From positions 14,175 through 78,174 of the forward strand of contig JABENI010000010.1 of NCBI GenBank assembly GCA_013332095.1: a stretch of DNA of 64,000 nt, in the 5' to 3' direction. Shown piece by piece: positions 29,157 through 38,699 of this stretch (positions are counted from its first letter, which is position 1; each line of letters starts with the position of its first letter). The notes under the pieces were generated by a model. It had not been told where the DNA came from. It did no database searches and saw only the letters and a program-made list of their open reading frames with translations. This DNA comes from Candidatus Bathyoplasma sp. NZ. Its GTDB lineage: Bacteria; Bacillota_I; Bacilli_A; MAG-NZ. Both the position numbers and the translations under genes were made by a program.

Positions 29157-29535
29157 ATTAGATAAGATGGAAGAAATTGGTGTACACATAAATGAAAATG
29201 TTCATTTTTCAACTGAGATACAGAGTTCTTTAATTTCTCTTTTTCTAAATTATGGTTTAATTGCGATCAGTTATAATTTGTGTGAATTTACCTTCTCTAT
29301 AGTTAGGTATAGACCACTTAACGTTGGATTGGCAGTAATGTTTTCTTTTATGACTATCCATTTGATAGTTATTGTAAAAAATTATTTATATTTTGAATTA
29401 CTAGTATATAAAAAGTTGTTAACACGAGAACAATTAGCAACTATACAGCAAAATAAAAATAATTATTGGTATATAAAATATATAGTATATGCGATTTTAA
29501 TAGTTATATCTCTATTTAGATTTCATATTTTATAG
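29137..29535 (+). CDS. Three-TM membrane protein, translationally coupled to ylbL-like gene
   Basis: Overlaps the upstream stop by 20 nt. Has a paralog at 31970-32368 in the same arrangement. Confidence 0.65.
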   Translation: MVRVMIKLDKMEEIGVHINENVHFSTEIQSSLISLFLNYGLIAISYNLCEFTFSIVRYRPLNVGLAVMFSFMTIHLIVIVKNYLYFELLVYKKLLTREQLATIQQNKNNYWYIKYIVYAILIVISLFRFHIL

Positions 29536-29552
29536 TAAGGAAAGTGGTAAAG

Positions 29553-30005
29553 ATGGCAATAGGTATATTTATAATTATAGGATTTATAATTTTGGACCAA
29601 GTAACTAAATTTATGATTTTTAGTAATATGAGTTTAGGTCAAGAGAATATAATAATTGATGATTTTTTTAGTATTTCGTATCATATTAATAACGGAGCAG
29701 CCTGGAGTCTTTTAGCGGGTGAAACGATGTTTTTCTATATCGTGACATTTGTTGCGCTGGGAATATTTATCTACTGTTATAAGTCGGTAAATTTTAAAAA
29801 TAATAAATTTTATTCTTATGGTCTTTCATTAATGATTTCAGGTACATTGGGTAATTTCATTGACAGAATTAGAATTAAGGGTGTAGTCGATTTTATCGAT
29901 TTTAAAATATTTGGTTATGATTTTCCAGTTTTTAATGTTGCAGATATGTGTTTAGTGATAGGGACTGCAATGTTTATGATTTCGGTGATATTTTATGATA
30001 ACTAA
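29553..30005 (+). CDS. lspA: Lipoprotein signal peptidase II
   Basis: GNFIDR and FNVADMCLVIG motifs. ATG 29553 is preferred over GTG 29544. Confidence 0.9.
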   Translation: MAIGIFIIIGFIILDQVTKFMIFSNMSLGQENIIIDDFFSISYHINNGAAWSLLAGETMFFYIVTFVALGIFIYCYKSVNFKNNKFYSYGLSLMISGTLGNFIDRIRIKGVVDFIDFKIFGYDFPVFNVADMCLVIGTAMFMISVIFYDN

Positions 30006-30897
30006 ATTCGTCTATTATGGACCAAATATTAGAATTGACAAACACCTAGTAGAAAAATTAGCTTTTTCCAGAATGAAAATAAAGAAAATGATAGAGAATG
30101 ATTTGATTTTAGTCAATGGAAACCCCAGTAAAGCAAATTATAAATTAAAAGAAAACGATAGTGTAGAAGTAAATGAATTGATAGTAGAAGAGATTGAAGT
30201 ATTACCGGTAAATATTCCCCTGAATATCGTCTATGAAGATAGTGATGTTATTGTTGTCAATAAAAACACCGGAATGGTTGTACATCCTGCTAACGGTCAT
30301 TATAATGATACTTTAGTCAACGCTCTTTTGTATCACTGTAAAGATTTATCAGAAATAAACGGTGTTGTTAGACCGGGAATTGTTCACCGAATTGATAAAG
30401 ATACATCTGGTCTTTTAATGGTAGCAAAGAATGATCTTAGTCATCACAGTTTAGCAGAGCAGTTAAAGGATAGAACTATTGTCAGAAAATACATTGCTTT
30501 AGTATACGGAGAAATTCCTCATGAAGTAGGAAAAATAAACGCTCCTATTGGTCGTGACCCAAAAGACCGTAAAAGAATGACCGCAGTTGAAGATGGTAAA
30601 GTAGCGATTACTCATTTTAAAGTTTTAAAAAGATACCTGGACTTTACTTTGGTTGAATGTCGATTAGAAACAGGTAGAACTCATCAAATAAGAGTTCATA
30701 TGAGATTTGCTGGCTTTCCTTTAGTAGGAGATCCTATTTATGGAAGAAAAAAAGTAATTGGGAAAAACGGACAGTACTTGCATGCTAAAGTATTAGGATT
30801 TAATCATCCTACTACTGATAAATACATGGAATTTGAGGCAGAATTACCAGAGTATTTTAGCGATTTTTTAAAAAAATTAGACAAAATAGCTTCTTAA
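29995..30897 (+). CDS. rluD: 23S rRNA pseudouridine synthase RluD family
   Basis: S4 domain, HRIDKDTSGLL catalytic motif; lspA-rluD pairing as in Bacillus. Confidence 0.9.
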   Translation: MITKFVYYGPNIRIDKHLVEKLAFSRMKIKKMIENDLILVNGNPSKANYKLKENDSVEVNELIVEEIEVLPVNIPLNIVYEDSDVIVVNKNTGMVVHPANGHYNDTLVNALLYHCKDLSEINGVVRPGIVHRIDKDTSGLLMVAKNDLSHHSLAEQLKDRTIVRKYIALVYGEIPHEVGKINAPIGRDPKDRKRMTAVEDGKVAITHFKVLKRYLDFTLVECRLETGRTHQIRVHMRFAGFPLVGDPIYGRKKVIGKNGQYLHAKVLGFNHPTTDKYMEFEAELPEYFSDFLKKLDKIAS

Positions 30898-30990
30898 ACA
30901 AAAAGGCAGATTTTTGCCCTTTTTGTTTACTTAATATTTGTGCTGTGGTACTGTTGAATAAAATAGAAAAATAAAAGTGGAGAACAGTAA
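30898..30990 (+). repeat. Junction repeat J1 (terminator hairpin + ~65-nt leader)
   Basis: AAAAGGCAGATTTTTGCCCTTTTT plus a leader ending at the next ATG. Homologous copies lie at 32590-32680 and 33443-33529; the hairpin also recurs at 38862-38892. Confidence 0.7.
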
Positions 30991-31989
30991 ATGAGACAAT
31001 TTTTAAAGAAAAAGGGTTTTTTGCTTTTTATATTTCTTCCGATAAATATAACTTTTATCCTTCTTGGAAATATTAGAACAGAAGGTAAGATTTTAAAACC
31101 AAATGAAATTAGATTAGTTGCTTCTGCTATTAAACTAGACAATGTTTATCAAAGTGAGGGGACATTTAATACGGTTTCAGTTTCCACAAGATCGGGGACA
31201 GCACCAATTCTAAATTATTTAGCCCAAAGAGAGATATATACTGACTACTATGTTTTTAGTGCAAATAAATAAACATTAACCTTAGAAGAGCAAAATTTAA
31301 TAGGAAGAATTAACTATGATAGGGCAATAAACCATTCAATAATATATGCTTTCGAATCCGCTAATAAAGAGATTGATTATTATTTAGATGGCTGGATTGT
31401 TCTATTTAACGATAAAACGGTTAACAGTGAACTAAAAATAGGAGATATTGTTAAACAGATAGATGGAAAAACAATTAACAATCAACTTCAGTTGTCGGAG
31501 GTTTTCAATACATACGGAAATAGTGGAAAAAATACTATGGAATTAACGTTGAGTGATGATCGAACGATAACCATGAAACGAGCAGAAAATGGATATTTTC
31601 AGTTTGAACTAGGTGCAAATTATGTAATAGAAAGGACAGAAGTGGTAATGACTATTGATCATGATGATATGCAAGGGTCAAGTGGTGGTTTTATGCAAAC
31701 TTTAGGTCTATACGACAGATTAACTGAAAAAGATTATACTAACGGTTTAAAAATTGTTGGCACAGGGACGATTGATTTTGAAGGAAACATCGGTGTTATT
31801 GGTGGAGTAAAACAAAAAATTGCTGCTGCTGATAAAGCTAAGGCTGATATTTTCTTTGTTCCGGCAGAAAATTACCAAGATGCATTAGAGATGCATCAAT
31901 ATTTGAAGGCAAAAGTAAAATTAGTAAAAGTAAAGACGTTTGTTGAAGCAGTAGAATATTTAGAAAATTATGGTGAGAGCAATGAATAA
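30991..31989 (+). pseudogene. Second ylbL/sepM-like gene interrupted by one in-frame TAA (31270-31272)
   Basis: ORFs 30991-31272 and 31492-31989 are in the same frame. Translation through the stop is collinear with the 28179-29156 protein (FSANK*TLTLEEQNL versus FGASQSLLTVEERNL). The Ser and Lys motifs are retained. Confidence 0.8.
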
Positions 31990-32368
31990 ATTAAAAAAGA
32001 TTGCTGAAGTTGAGGGAAAAATAAATAAAAAAGTTCATTTTTTAACGGAAATACAAAGTCTTTTAATTTCTCTTTTTCTAAATTTTGCTTTAATTACTAT
32101 CAGTTATTATTTGTGTTTTTTTGCAACCTTTTTAATTCGGTACAGACCATTCAACGTTGTAATTGCCGTAATGTTTGCTTTTATGACCATTCATTTGATT
32201 ATTATTGTAAAAAATTATTTTTATTTTGAATTACTAGGATATAAAAACTTGTTAACAGCAGAACAATTATTAATGATAAAGAAAAATAAAAATAACTATT
32301 GGTATATAAAATATCTAGCATATGCGATTTTTTTAATAATAACTTTATTTAGTTTTAATATTGTATGA
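31970..32368 (+). CDS. Three-TM membrane protein (paralog of 29137-29535)
   Basis: Same length (132 aa), same 20-nt overlap with the upstream gene, about 65-70% identity by eye. Confidence 0.6.
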   Translation: MVRAMNKLKKIAEVEGKINKKVHFLTEIQSLLISLFLNFALITISYYLCFFATFLIRYRPFNVVIAVMFAFMTIHLIIIVKNYFYFELLGYKNLLTAEQLLMIKKNKNNYWYIKYLAYAIFLIITLFSFNIV

Positions 32369-32394
32369 TAAGCAAAGTGATAAGTTAATAATAG

Positions 32395-32589
32395 ATATGA
32401 TATTTTCAGACTTTCTCTGATAAAAACTTTATTAACGGAAGAAAAAAAATAAGGGAAAAGAGGATAGTATTCACAAGTTGAAATAGCAAAATTTAATCAT
32501 TCTACTACAAATAAATAGCTGAAATTTTAGTCATAATTACCAGAGTATTTTAATAATTTTAAAAAAAATTAGATAAAATAGTTTCTTAA
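32395..32589 (+). pseudogene. Decayed copy of the last ~190 nt of rluD
   Basis: By-eye alignment with 30700-30897 (for example AATTACCAGAGTATTTTA, TTAGAyAAAATAGyTTCTTAA). Not an intact reading frame. Confidence 0.7.
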
Positions 32590-32680
32590 ACAAAAAGGCA
32601 AATTTTTGCCCTTTTTATTTACATAATGCTGATGCTATGTTATTGTGAATAAAGTAGAAAAATGAAAGTAGGTTTTTAAA
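32590..32680 (+). repeat. Junction repeat J2
   Basis: AAAAGGCAAATTTTTGCCCTTTTT plus leader, homologous to J1. Confidence 0.7.
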
Positions 32681-33442
32681 ATGTCATTAATCATCACAAC
32701 GTATGTCAGAGAAGGAATTGTCCTATCAAGCGATAGTCGGTTATCAGTTGACAATGCTTCTAAGGGAATTAACAGTATCACTCAAACCGATTCACATCAT
32801 AAAACTTTTGTAACTAATAATGGTGTGGGGATATCAACATGTGGGACTGCCGGTATTAAAAGTGTTCCATTGTCTGGATTTATCGAAAGTTTTATTTCTG
32901 AAGATTTAGGTGATTCGGACGATAAAGTTGAAGAAGTAGTTGATAAATTAATATTATATTTTAAAGATTTAGATTCAACTTTAAATACAACTTTTCATGT
33001 AGCTGGATACGATGAAGAAGAAGTAGAAATCCAATCGATTGATGCTCGAAAAAATAATGACAAAGATTCCAAAAAAATAAAAAAGATAAAAATTCAAAAA
33101 GTTTTTTTTGTTAATATAAAAAATAATATTAAGCGCGATGTTATTAAAAATAAGGGAGCACAAAATACCCTTTATCATGGACATGCTACTGTTATGGATA
33201 AATTATTAAATACGGTAAATGTAAATGTGGTAGGAAAAGCACCAGTAGCACTACCCTTTAATGGAATTGCCTATAATTTTTTTACCTTACAAGATGCAAT
33301 TGACTTTAATCGATACGCAATTAAAACGACAATAGACACAATGAGGTTTGAATTAGTTTACAAAACTGTTGGCGGACCGATTGACGTTTTGGTAATTAAA
33401 CCTAATGAGGTAAAATGGGTTAGTAAAAAAGAACTTACTTAA
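32681..33442 (+). CDS. Proteasome-type N-terminal nucleophile (Ntn) hydrolase homolog, 253 aa
   Basis: MSLII-TTYVREGIVLSSDSRLS resembles the proteasome beta/HslV N-terminus (TTIV..dGVVLAADsRat). FHVAGYD and the C-terminal FTLQDAIDFNRYAIKTTIDT...VGGPIDVLVI match the fold pattern. Confidence 0.6.
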   Translation: MSLIITTYVREGIVLSSDSRLSVDNASKGINSITQTDSHHKTFVTNNGVGISTCGTAGIKSVPLSGFIESFISEDLGDSDDKVEEVVDKLILYFKDLDSTLNTTFHVAGYDEEEVEIQSIDARKNNDKDSKKIKKIKIQKVFFVNIKNNIKRDVIKNKGAQNTLYHGHATVMDKLLNTVNVNVVGKAPVALPFNGIAYNFFTLQDAIDFNRYAIKTTIDTMRFELVYKTVGGPIDVLVIKPNEVKWVSKKELT

Positions 33443-33529
33443 AAAAAAAGGCAAATTTTGCTCTTTTTTTTATATAACATTTGTGCAGTTGATCTTGAAC
33501 AGAGTTGAAAAATGAAAATAAATTTTTAA
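33443..33529 (+). repeat. Junction repeat J3
   Basis: AAAAAGGCAAATTTTGCTCTTTTTT plus leader, homologous to J1 and J2. Confidence 0.65.
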
Positions 33530-33665
33530 AATTTCATTAATTATAATAATGTATGTTAAAGATAGTATCTATTAGCGATAATAGAATTGCACTTAAAAAT
33601 AATTTAAGAGGAATTAACAGTATCCACAAATTGCTTCAAATCATTAATAAAAAACATCATTTTTT
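33530..33665 (+). pseudogene. 5' remnant of a second Ntn-hydrolase gene copy
   Basis: Aligns with 32681-32815 (ATG mutated to ATT; the GGAATTAACAGTATC block is conserved). Several stops. Confidence 0.7.
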
Positions 33666-33692
33666 TAAATAAATATATTATGATTGATAAAA

Positions 33693-33915
33693 ATGTCGAA
33701 ATATTCGAAAAAATATTAAAATACGTTATAATTATATTCAATGTCCATTTATTTTCTTGAAAAAGATTATAGATTGGTTATTAGCAATATTTTTGGTAAC
33801 TAGCCTAATGCGCTTTATAAATTAAAAATTAAACTATCAAAAACAAGATAATTACTATAATTTTTAATATTTTAGTAATGATGTTTGGGGACCAGGGGGA
33901 TGCTAGAATAATAAC
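33693..33915 (+). pseudogene. Decayed member of the ~80-aa membrane protein family
   Basis: Nucleotide similarity to 38173-38424 (ATTATAGATTGG.., ..TAATAACATTGAaTTAGATaAGAAAAAAA 3' flank). Frame is broken. Confidence 0.55.
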
Positions 33916-33997
33916 ATTGAATTAGATAAGAAAAAAACGATAATTTATTTAATTAACAAAATTTAAAATTTTTATGGATATATTAGGAGTTGCTAAA

Positions 33998-34243
33998 ATG
34001 AATTTTAAAAATATCTTAGAAAAATTTTTTGTAATAACATTTGTGATTTCATGGATTTTAGCTGAACCAAAAACAAGTCGTTTTCCAATATTTGCAATAA
34101 TAGTTGTATGTAGTGTATTAGAGCTTATTTTAGTAAAAGTTAAAAAAACAAAAAGCAATTTAATAACTGCAATTATTACTTTCATACTATTGATAATATT
34201 TCTTGAAATATATTTTCCAATCCAAAATGTAAATTTTATTTAA
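33998..34243 (+). CDS. Small membrane protein family member 1 (81 aa)
   Basis: MNFKNILEKFF... with TKSNLIT motif; AGGAG RBS. The track ORF starts upstream at 33974. Confidence 0.6.
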   Translation: MNFKNILEKFFVITFVISWILAEPKTSRFPIFAIIVVCSVLELILVKVKKTKSNLITAIITFILLIIFLEIYFPIQNVNFI

Positions 34244-34295
34244 CTATATAACTTATTGAATTAGGTGATAATAGTTGATTATATCTGTATTTGGC

Positions 34296-34332
34296 TTTGA
34301 TAGTAATAACTATTCTATATTAAAGTGATAAT
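34296..34332 (+). repeat. Conserved box downstream of small membrane gene (copy 1)
   Basis: TTTGATAGTAATAACTATTCTATATTAAAGTGATAA; related copies at 35047-35082 and 38521-38558. Confidence 0.55.
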
Positions 34333-34799
34333 TGAATTGATCAAAATTTAGTATATAAATAAATATTGATTGAAGCCTTGGTGAATTGTGTGATACCGAA
34401 GAAATAGATAGTTTAAGAAAATATTTATATCATGATATTAATTATATAAGATGAAAAACAGTAGATTCATCAGATAAAATAGGCAATGATAAAGTATTAA
34501 TGAAATTGTAAAAAAATTAGAAGGTGAAGATATTTAGGTAAGGAGAGTTCTTGTTAGGGCAACAGTTAAAATGGGAAATCATCTGCAAATAGTATTTAAT
34601 TAAATATTTACAAAAAATTATTCTGATAATGAAAGAGCAGATTTACATTTTGAAATTGTAAGGTCTCTTAATCGTGTATACTAATAAGAGTTCCTAATAT
34701 TACAAGAAATGTTAAATCGAGATAGAATACACAATCGTAAAGAAGTGCAAAAAATTATTGTGATAATTAAAATAAATATAATAAAAGGAAGTGATAAAA

Positions 34800-35036
34800 A
34801 TGAATTTAAAAAATGTCTTAGGTAAACTTTGTATAATCGGAGTTGTAATTCCAGGTTTTTTTTGGTTCCCCGCAACAAAACCTCAAAGGTGGTTAATTGC
34901 AATGTTATATATAACTAGCATCATATTGTTGCCAAAATTTGTTAATAAGGGTAAGTGGTCCAAAAGTAATATGATTACTTTAATTTTTAGTATTTTAATT
35001 GTAATAATTTTAGGTCCCCTTGGGATGTTCGATTAA
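34800..35036 (+). CDS. Small membrane protein family member 2 (78 aa)
   Basis: MNLKNVLGKLCIIGVVIPGFF... SKSNMIT motif. Upstream ~120 nt is homologous to that of member 3. Confidence 0.6.
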   Translation: MNLKNVLGKLCIIGVVIPGFFWFPATKPQRWLIAMLYITSIILLPKFVNKGKWSKSNMITLIFSILIVIILGPLGMFD

Positions 35037-35046
35037 TGACGTTAGT

Positions 35047-35082
35047 TTTGATAGTAACAATTATTCTGTATAAAGTGGTTAA
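35047..35082 (+). repeat. Conserved box downstream of small membrane gene (copy 2)
   Basis: TTTGATAGTAACAATTATTCTGTATAAAGTGGTTAA. Confidence 0.55.
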
Positions 35083-35627
35083 AATAGTGTCACTAATTTT
35101 AGGTTTGGGGAAGATTCTTTTTAATCTTGAAACACAAAAAGCATTTTGGAAAAAACGATTTTTTTGTGCACGACATGATAGCAAGAACATTGGGGCAAAT
35201 TGTTAAAGGGGATACGTTGTAAATGACCAACTTTAAGAAGAAACACTTTTAAATATATTGGAGAATAAATTTTTAGATAACAGAAAAAATAAAACTTATT
35301 CTCTAAGATATCCCTTTACTATATTTTTTTTATTCTGGGTATATCTATTTTGTTTTTTTCTGCTTTTTATAACTTTTTTAACTTTTAAAAAAAAGGATAA
35401 TATTTATCATTACTTAACAAAATAGTAAAGCTAATAAATTATTATCTGATGTAACAATAATGTTTTATTTAATATTTTTAAATATATAACTAATTATTTA
35501 TATTGTTTCAAAATTATTTGACATTTTGTAAAATATAGTATACATTGTATAGTAGGGTAACTCGTATTATAATTAAAAATTTTAAGGCATATTTTTGTTA
35601 CTGCCTTGATAAAACAAGGAGATAATC

Positions 35628-36329
35628 ATGATCACTATTAAATCATTACAATTTAAATATTCTAAAAGTAATAATTTCATCTTTAAGGGTACTTCAGTTT
35701 GTATACCTGAAAAATCTTTTATCGCACTTTTAGCCCCAAATGGAGTTGGTAAAACTACACTTGTAAAAATATTGACAAAACAGATTTCAAACTATACCGG
35801 TGAAGTTAAGATTCATGATGAAGATTTAAGAAATATAAAGTACAACATATATGATGTTGTATCTATCCTTACAACAGATATGAAAACACCTAAATTCTTA
35901 ACAGTAGCAGAATCTATAAAATTTTCTCTCGAAGCTTTTGACAACTATACAGAGGAAAAGTTAAATGAACTAATTGCTCTTTTTGATTTGGAAGAGCATA
36001 GAAATAAAAAAATAAGTCAGTTGAGTTCGGGTTTAGAGAGAAGAACAGAACTTGCTCAAACGCTGTCTAACCAATCGGATTTAGTAATATTAGACGAGCC
36101 GTGTAATGCCCTAGATTATAATTCTGTAGTAGATACTCTCAAGGTGATTAAAAAAATTAAAGATTTAAATAAGACGATCATTTATTCTACTCATCAGTTT
36201 AGTGAAGTAGAAAGTTTATACACTCATTGTATAACTATCAAAGATAATAAACTTTCATTAGTATCAAGAGAAGATATCAATGATGATTTACATAAATATT
36301 ATTCAAGTGTTTATAAACTGGGAGTTTAA
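35628..36329 (+). CDS. ABC transporter ATP-binding protein (LanF/ABC-2 type)
   Basis: Walker A APNGVGKTT, signature LSSGLERR, Walker B LVILDEP; 233 aa. Confidence 0.85.
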   Translation: MITIKSLQFKYSKSNNFIFKGTSVCIPEKSFIALLAPNGVGKTTLVKILTKQISNYTGEVKIHDEDLRNIKYNIYDVVSILTTDMKTPKFLTVAESIKFSLEAFDNYTEEKLNELIALFDLEEHRNKKISQLSSGLERRTELAQTLSNQSDLVILDEPCNALDYNSVVDTLKVIKKIKDLNKTIIYSTHQFSEVESLYTHCITIKDNKLSLVSREDINDDLHKYYSSVYKLGV

Positions 36330-36331
36330 AT

Positions 36332-37096
36332 ATGAATAGATTAAAAAAACTTATTTGGTTTGAAAGTATGTTCTTAATCAAGACAAAAACTATAATATAT
36401 TTATTGGGTGTATTTATTACTATGCTTGTATTATCTATTGTGTTTCCGATGAATTTTAACTCAGATATTGACTATAAAATGGTTTTAGGAAGCGTTGCAA
36501 GCGTCATAATTCAATTTTTGGGAATAGGGTTGATTGGTTTATTATGTAATCTTTTTTATCGGGATAAAAAGTTTTCTTATCATTATTGGTTTATAAAGCA
36601 TAAGATCACTATCACCGATATAGTAAGAAGTAGATTTATATTCTATAATATTTTATTTTCACTGTTAGCAGGACTTATGTTTATTGCTTCCTCAATTATA
36701 TTTATCTTTATGTATGAAGTAAATATTTCCTTTTATAGTTATTTATATATGTTAGTTCTTGTTATTTTGTCTACTACATATGTAGTATCCCTGATGATTA
36801 TGATTAGTGCATTGGTTGTAGATTTTGTGAGTAGTAGTGGATTATTTATCTTAATATGGTTTACTATTGGTATTATCAATGGTGTTACGCCTTATTTAGG
36901 TGGTTACTTGTCACCACTTGATGCTTCTTCGGTACAATCTGGAGTAATATCTGAAATAAGTGGAATTGGTAGTAATTTTATAGCGGAAATTGATATTTAT
37001 AGCTATTTGTTAGCTTTGTTGTTGCCTGTTATTTATGCTTTTGTATTTTACTTGATTTCTATTAAATTCAACAAGTATAAAAGGGGTATTAACTAA
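36332..37096 (+). CDS. ABC-2 type permease (LanE/MutE-like)
   Basis: Six predicted TM segments; N-terminus LIWFESMFLIKTK resembles the lantibiotic-immunity permease start (..aE.lK.kr..). Confidence 0.65.
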   Translation: MNRLKKLIWFESMFLIKTKTIIYLLGVFITMLVLSIVFPMNFNSDIDYKMVLGSVASVIIQFLGIGLIGLLCNLFYRDKKFSYHYWFIKHKITITDIVRSRFIFYNILFSLLAGLMFIASSIIFIFMYEVNISFYSYLYMLVLVILSTTYVVSLMIMISALVVDFVSSSGLFILIWFTIGIINGVTPYLGGYLSPLDASSVQSGVISEISGIGSNFIAEIDIYSYLLALLLPVIYAFVFYLISIKFNKYKRGIN

Positions 37097-37836
37097 TGAA
37101 AGAGATTGTATATTTTGAATCTAAAAGATTTTACAAAGGCAAGATTTATATCAAATATATTTTAGTACTATTAGCCTTACTATTGTTAAGTTATGCAATA
37201 ATTAAGATTTCAGACAGTACATATACATTCAAAAATATTGAATTGATAATATACGAAAATTTCACGAGTTTATTTGCTCTAATATCTTCGATTTTTATTT
37301 CTACTGCTATTAGTAAAGAACATGAAGATAAGACGATGAATTGGTATATTAGTAAAAAAATTAAGATTAGAGATGTTGTTGTAGGTAAATTTATTTTTTA
37401 TTTTATTAATCTATCAATAATTTCAATAACTATATTTCTCATTTCTTTTTTTATTAATGGGAGAGTATATGGCAATGGTTTAACTGTTTTACCAACCTTA
37501 TCTATAATAACTATTTTAGTATCTGTATATTTTTTTATTATATCACTAAATATTTTTATATCTGCAACACAAAAAAATTCTGGTATATGCATAATATTAT
37601 CTTTTGTAGTGTGGATTATTCTAAATATTAGTTCAATGTTAAAAGTTGTTGGATTATATATCGCTCCTTTTATAATAAGTAGTATTCAATATGAATCGTT
37701 TTACAAACTTCTTAATTATGGTGAAATCCCAAATAATTTTCTGCTTATCGTACTTTTGCCAATTGTCTACGGATTATTATTGTTGATAGCTGCTGTATAT
37801 ATGGCTAAAAAATTATTAAATGATAATACTATATAA
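37096..37836 (+). CDS. ABC-2 type permease (LanG/MutG-like)
   Basis: Start overlaps the upstream stop. VYFESKRFYKGK N-terminus, six TM segments. Confidence 0.65.
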   Translation: MKEIVYFESKRFYKGKIYIKYILVLLALLLLSYAIIKISDSTYTFKNIELIIYENFTSLFALISSIFISTAISKEHEDKTMNWYISKKIKIRDVVVGKFIFYFINLSIISITIFLISFFINGRVYGNGLTVLPTLSIITILVSVYFFIISLNIFISATQKNSGICIILSFVVWIILNISSMLKVVGLYIAPFIISSIQYESFYKLLNYGEIPNNFLLIVLLPIVYGLLLLIAAVYMAKKLLNDNTI

Positions 37837-38172
37837 CAAATTATTGCTTTTCCAATTTAAATATTAAGAAACTATTTATTCTAAAAAAGGATATAAAAAT
37901 TTCTTAATATTTTGATGAACTACTTAAATAATTGTTATTTTTTTACTTTAAAGTTTTTGGTGTTTCTTTTTTTAAAAAAAATAACGATTTTACTTTTTCC
38001 CTAAAAAGAAGAATGTCTTGGTCATATAGGCGAATCAATAATTCCCTATATTACAAGAAATACTAAGACCACGATAGAGGAGATATTCGTAAAGAAGTGC
38101 AAAAAACTATTGTGATAATTAAAAGATTATATTATAATTATAAAATAAATATAATATGAGGAGGTAACAAAA

Positions 38173-38424
38173 ATGAATTTTAGAAATATCTTAGAAAAAA
38201 TTTTTATATTGGGATTCATAATTCCAGGATTTTTTATGGTGGATGAGGATCATATATTTATTAACTCAAAAAACATTATAGATTGGGTATTAGGAATAAT
38301 AATAGTAACTAGTGTAGTGGGACTTTTAAGATTAAAAAGTAGACCAACAAAAAGTAATTTGATTACTTTTACTTTTGGTATTTTAATTATAATAATGTGT
38401 GGTACCCTTGGTCTGCTAGACTAA
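38173..38424 (+). CDS. Small membrane protein family member 3 (83 aa)
   Basis: MNFRNILEKIFILGFIIPGFF... TKSNLIT motif; strong GAGGAGG RBS. Confidence 0.65.
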   Translation: MNFRNILEKIFILGFIIPGFFMVDEDHIFINSKNIIDWVLGIIIVTSVVGLLRLKSRPTKSNLITFTFGILIIIMCGTLGLLD

Positions 38425-38520
38425 TAACATTGAGTTAGATGAGAAAAAAATGGAAATTCCATTAATTATATATTTTCATAGAATGCTGGTGATACTGAGT
38501 TAAATATATTTAGATTTGAT

Positions 38521-38558
38521 TTTGATAGTAATAATTATTCTGATATAAAGTGGTTAAT
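38521..38558 (+). repeat. Conserved box downstream of small membrane gene (copy 3)
   Basis: TTTGATAGTAATAATTATTCTGATATAAAGTGGTTAAT. Confidence 0.55.
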
Positions 38559-38699
38559 GTGACTTTTTTGACAATGAAACTTATAAATATTAGATAGTAA
38601 GATATTATTTTTAAATTAAGTGTACAAATAATTATTGATAATTGAAGACATTCAGATAAAGAATTATGTCATTTTGGGAAATTTAATTTGCTTAATGAA

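Noticed and set aside
34244-34790. Short ORFs that could be bacteriocin precursors (for example MKNSRFIR*, MGNHLQIVFN*)
   Set aside because: They are too short and lack an RBS or leader-peptide features. The region looks like decayed coding debris.
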